NCBI GenBank assembly: GCA_019057795.1
Contig: JAHLWS010000065.1
Coordinates: forward strand, 96,001 to 160,000
Direction of reading: 5' to 3'
Length of the DNA stretch: 64,000 nt
Source of the DNA: Promethearchaeota archaeon
Lineage (GTDB): Archaea; Asgardarchaeota; Lokiarchaeia; Sigyniarchaeales; SOKP01
A program made the translations under genes and the position numbers. Shown here one piece after another: positions 60,795 through 64,000 of this stretch. The notes beneath the pieces were generated by a model. It worked only from the letters and a program-made list of their open reading frames with translations. It ran no database searches and was not told the DNA's origin. How positions within the stretch are numbered: position 1 is the stretch's first letter; each line of letters starts with the position of its first letter.

Positions 60795-61505
60795 AAATTA
60801 ACACCCTTTGATATTGATATCACTTTAATATATCATATTATTTTATTATAATAAAAAATTATTTCTATTATACTAAAGAAGAAAAAAGAAATTTAAAAAA
60901 TTGAAAATAATTTGAATCAAAAGATTTTATGTTTTTAGAAATATCTTCAAATCTAAACTTGGTAACTTTCCTTAATTAGATGGTTTTTGTATTCCCGTAA
61001 ATTTTTGTGAATTAAAATTCAAATCAATTTCTCTCGATGATGTTTTTCAATTTTATATTATTTTTTGTTTTTCGAATTCTCTTCTTTCTTCTATACTCAA
61101 CGATTCTAAGTACCTTTCCTTAATTGGCTGTTTTTGGTATTCTCTTAAATATTCCCAAACTTCTCGCTTCATTTGTATATTCTTATTTTTCATTTAAGAT
61201 TAGGCTCTATTTTTTTATAAAGAAAAATTAGATAAAATTATATATATTACTTTTGTAGACCAATTTTTTTAAGAGAATATGAATTTTATAATTTTCAATA
61301 TTTTTAAAAGTTCAAGATTCAAAGAAAAGATGAGCTAGATTTCAGATTGGGTTAGGAAGGAAATTGAAATTATTCTGATTTAAAAAAAATAATAACTTAC
61401 CTTCTCAATGCATATTGATTCAGTACGAATAAAATTGCACTCCTTGAATTTGATATCAAACTAATATGTGATATTATTTTATTAGATTAAAAATTTATTT
61501 CTATT

Positions 61506-61865
61506 ATGATAAAAAAGAATTATAAAGAAGTGGAAAACAAAGAAGCGACATTAACAGATGGCACTCCAGTTAAAAACGTTTATGTTAGGTGGGTAATTAA
61601 CAAAGAAGATGATGGAGCTCAAAACTTCGCCATGAGGCGATTTGAAATTAGACCAGATACTAAAGTACCCCTTCACAATCACCCCCAAGACCATGAAATC
61701 TACATTTTAAGCGGAAAAGGAAAGTTTTACGACGATTCTGGTAAGGAAGAAATAGTTGGGAGCGGAGATGTGTTGTATATCCCTCCTTTTGAGAAACATG
61801 GAATAGATAATCTTAGTGAAGACGATCTAGTCTTCATATGCCTTATTCCATATCTTAAAAAATAG
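61506..61865 (+). CDS. Cupin domain protein
   Basis: HNHPQDHEIYILSG..PPFEKH. Confidence 0.9.
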   Translation: MIKKNYKEVENKEATLTDGTPVKNVYVRWVINKEDDGAQNFAMRRFEIRPDTKVPLHNHPQDHEIYILSGKGKFYDDSGKEEIVGSGDVLYIPPFEKHGIDNLSEDDLVFICLIPYLKK

Positions 61866-61888
61866 ACAACAAAAGAAAGTTAATCTTT

Positions 61889-64000
61889 TCATTTTTCTTC
61901 CTTATCGTCAATGAATGTTGCGCATTTACCTATAGCAACAACTGAGTCGTCTTTATATAGTTTTATTGCTCTAACTCCTTTTGCTTTTCTATGAGTTATC
62001 CTAATTGAATCCAATGGAAGTCTGATTACTTGTCCTTGTTCTGTGCCTATCAAGATATCCACCAATTTTCCCATTTTTATTGCAATAACTTTGTCATTTT
62101 TTTCAAGATTTAATGAAATATTTTTTACTCCTTTAGCATTTCTCCCTGTTTTTCGATATTCTTTAAGAAAGGTTCTTTGTCCGTAGCCTTTTTCAGTTAG
62201 GGTTAGAATAATATTATCGTCAGTTACTAACAAACTATCGATTACTTCATCCCCTTTCCTTAACGAGGCTCCTTTCACGCCCATTGAGGTTCTTCCTAAT
62301 TGTCTTAGCTCTGATTCGTCAAATCTTACTGCATAACCGAGTTTTGTTGCAATAAAAATATCTTGTAGCTCGTTTGAAAGTCTTTTTACGCTAATTAATT
62401 CATCATCTGGTCTTATTCGATGAGCTCGCACACCTGTTTTTTTAAATTTCGAGAATAACCTTAAAGGGCACTTCTTTATAATGCCCTTTTTAGTGGTCAT
62501 AATGAGCATTTCATTAGTGTCAAAGTTATTAATTGGAATCATCGCTGATATGTTTTCCCCCGGTTGTAGGGCGACCAAATTTATGATGGGTTTCCCTCTA
62601 GCCGTGCGCGTTTGTAATGGAAGTTCAAAACATTTCATGGAATATACTCTACCTTTGGAAGTAAAAATTAAGATCGTGTCGTGAGTTGAACAAACAAATA
62701 AATCGGTTATGAAATCTTCTTCACGAATAGTCATACCTTTTTTTCCGCGTCCGCCTCGCCTTTGAGCGTGGTAATCTTCTACAGAAATTCTTTTTATGTA
62801 TTGGTTTTTAGTGAAGATTACAATTGTTGGCTCTTTTTTAATCAAATCTTTTCTTTTTAGTTCTCTAATATTTTGGTCTTCAATAATCTCAATTCTTGTT
62901 TTTCTTTTATTGCCGTACTTTTTGTATAGTTCGGTCAATTCTTGCTTAATTATACTTAAACGGATTTTTTTGCTTTCTAATATCTTTTCTAATTCTGTGA
63001 TACTTTTTTTCAAAGATTTTTCTTCGTCAACTAGTTTTTGTTGTTCTAAATTTGTTAATCTCGATAATGGCATACTCAATATTGCTTGAACTTGAATATC
63101 ACTTAATATATATGCTATTTTCAATTTATTCTTTGCGTCGTTGGTATCACTAGCGCTTTTAATAATGTTTACAACATTGTCTATATTATTTAAAGCGATT
63201 AGGAGACCCTCAACTTTATGAAGCCTACCTTTAGCTTTTTTGAGATGAAATTCCGTTCTTTTATTAATAATTTTAAGGCGGTGCTCAATATATTCTTCGA
63301 TTAACTCTTTCAAATTAAGAATCTTAGGTTGTCTTCCTTCGTTTATTAATACTAAATTACTAATGTTAAATGTCGTTTGAAGCCTAGTTCTTTTAAATAT
63401 GATATTTTTCAGTATAACGGGTTGAGCATTTTTAGATAATTCTATAACAATTCGCATACCTTTTCTATCAGATTCGTCTCTTAAATCTCGAACATCTTTA
63501 AGTACTCCATCTTTTATAAGTTTGGCAATCGCTTCGATTAGGGTAGTTTTATTCACTAAATAAGGAATTTCAGAAATAATTAATCGATTTTTATTTCCTT
63601 TTGTTTCGACATCAACTGTTCCTCTTAAAGTTATATTGCCCATTCCAGTTGTATAAGCATTGTAAATACCATTCGTATCAATAATGGTTCCTCCTGTTGG
63701 AAAGTCTGGTCCCTTTATAATTTCCATAAGTTCCTCAGTAGATATTACAGGATCGTCAACTGTTGCAATAATTCCTTGACAAATTTCCGTTAGGTTATGA
63801 GGAGCCATAGACGTAGCCATCCCAACTGCTATTCCTTTTGTTCCGTTGATTAGCATATTTGGTAACTTAGCAGGTAAAAAGGCAGGTTCTTTTAAGCTAT
63901 CATCAAAATTTGGGACAAAGTCCACTGTTTCATTATCTAGATCTTCGATTAGTTCATTAGATATTTGTGCTAATCGTGCTTCAGTATAACGCATAGCAGC
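61889..64000 (-). CDS. gyrA: DNA gyrase subunit A (5' part lies outside the window)
   Basis: AAMRYTEAR catalytic Tyr, GIAVGMAT, GPDFPTGG, GyrA-box QRRGGRG, C-terminal pinwheel repeats. Confidence 0.97.
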   Translation of the reverse strand, partial: AAMRYTEARLAQISNELIEDLDNETVDFVPNFDDSLKEPAFLPAKLPNMLINGTKGIAVGMATSMAPHNLTEICQGIIATVDDPVISTEELMEIIKGPDFPTGGTIIDTNGIYNAYTTGMGNITLRGTVDVETKGNKNRLIISEIPYLVNKTTLIEAIAKLIKDGVLKDVRDLRDESDRKGMRIVIELSKNAQPVILKNIIFKRTRLQTTFNISNLVLINEGRQPKILNLKELIEEYIEHRLKIINKRTEFHLKKAKGRLHKVEGLLIALNNIDNVVNIIKSASDTNDAKNKLKIAYILSDIQVQAILSMPLSRLTNLEQQKLVDEEKSLKKSITELEKILESKKIRLSIIKQELTELYKKYGNKRKTRIEIIEDQNIRELKRKDLIKKEPTIVIFTKNQYIKRISVEDYHAQRRGGRGKKGMTIREEDFITDLFVCSTHDTILIFTSKGRVYSMKCFELPLQTRTARGKPIINLVALQPGENISAMIPINNFDTNEMLIMTTKKGIIKKCPLRLFSKFKKTGVRAHRIRPDDELISVKRLSNELQDIFIATKLGYAVRFDESELRQLGRTSMGVKGASLRKGDEVIDSLLVTDDNIILTLTEKGYGQRTFLKEYRKTGRNAKGVKNISLNLEKNDKVIAIKMGKLVDILIGTEQGQVIRLPLDSIRITHRKAKGVRAIKLYKDDSVVAIGKCATFIDDKEEK

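Noticed and set aside
1209-63089. Many short antisense or overlapping ORFs in the track (e.g. 1209-1508, 7222-7464, 7679-8071, 26655-27059, 38189-38407, 47999-48325)
   Set aside because: Shadows of well-supported genes on the opposite strand or in another frame, with no motifs
61889-64000. gyrA as evidence of bacterial contamination
   Set aside because: Gyrase is known in several archaeal groups including Asgard lineages; the flanking genes and composition are consistent with the rest of the window

Overview
AT-rich archaeal chromosomal window, very probably from an Asgard archaeon of the Lokiarchaeia type. This is inferred from eukaryotic-signature genes (gelsolin domain, two roadblock proteins, a divergent actin, an MglA-like small GTPase, longin-like proteins) together with gyrA and BHB-intron tRNAs. 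Five things stand out. (1) A ~15.5-kb island (18038-33518) is bounded by an exact 15-bp direct repeat (TATTATACGAAAGTA) and sits between two pieces of one host gene. It encodes an HUH rolling-circle endonuclease, a membrane-anchored HerA/FtsK-type ATPase, GC-rich hairpin DNA resembling an origin, RHH regulators, a type II R-M pair and five RxxxxH HEPN-type proteins, but no recognisable integrase. (2) Two adjacent tRNA genes (Thr-GGT, Met-CAT) each carry two introns; three of the four are 30 nt long and at non-canonical positions. (3) A co-oriented cluster (44033-53654) holds gelsolin, roadblock, a CDC48N-like/poly-Pro/VWA protein, an actin-related protein and a catalytically dead CHAT protein. 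(4) An 80-bp direct repeat flanks a HEPN-MNT module and an ATT-initiated RHH-HisKA-REC regulator. (5) An NfeD/flotillin operon contains a long (D-hydrophobic)n tract. All product calls come from motif recognition by eye; no searches were run.
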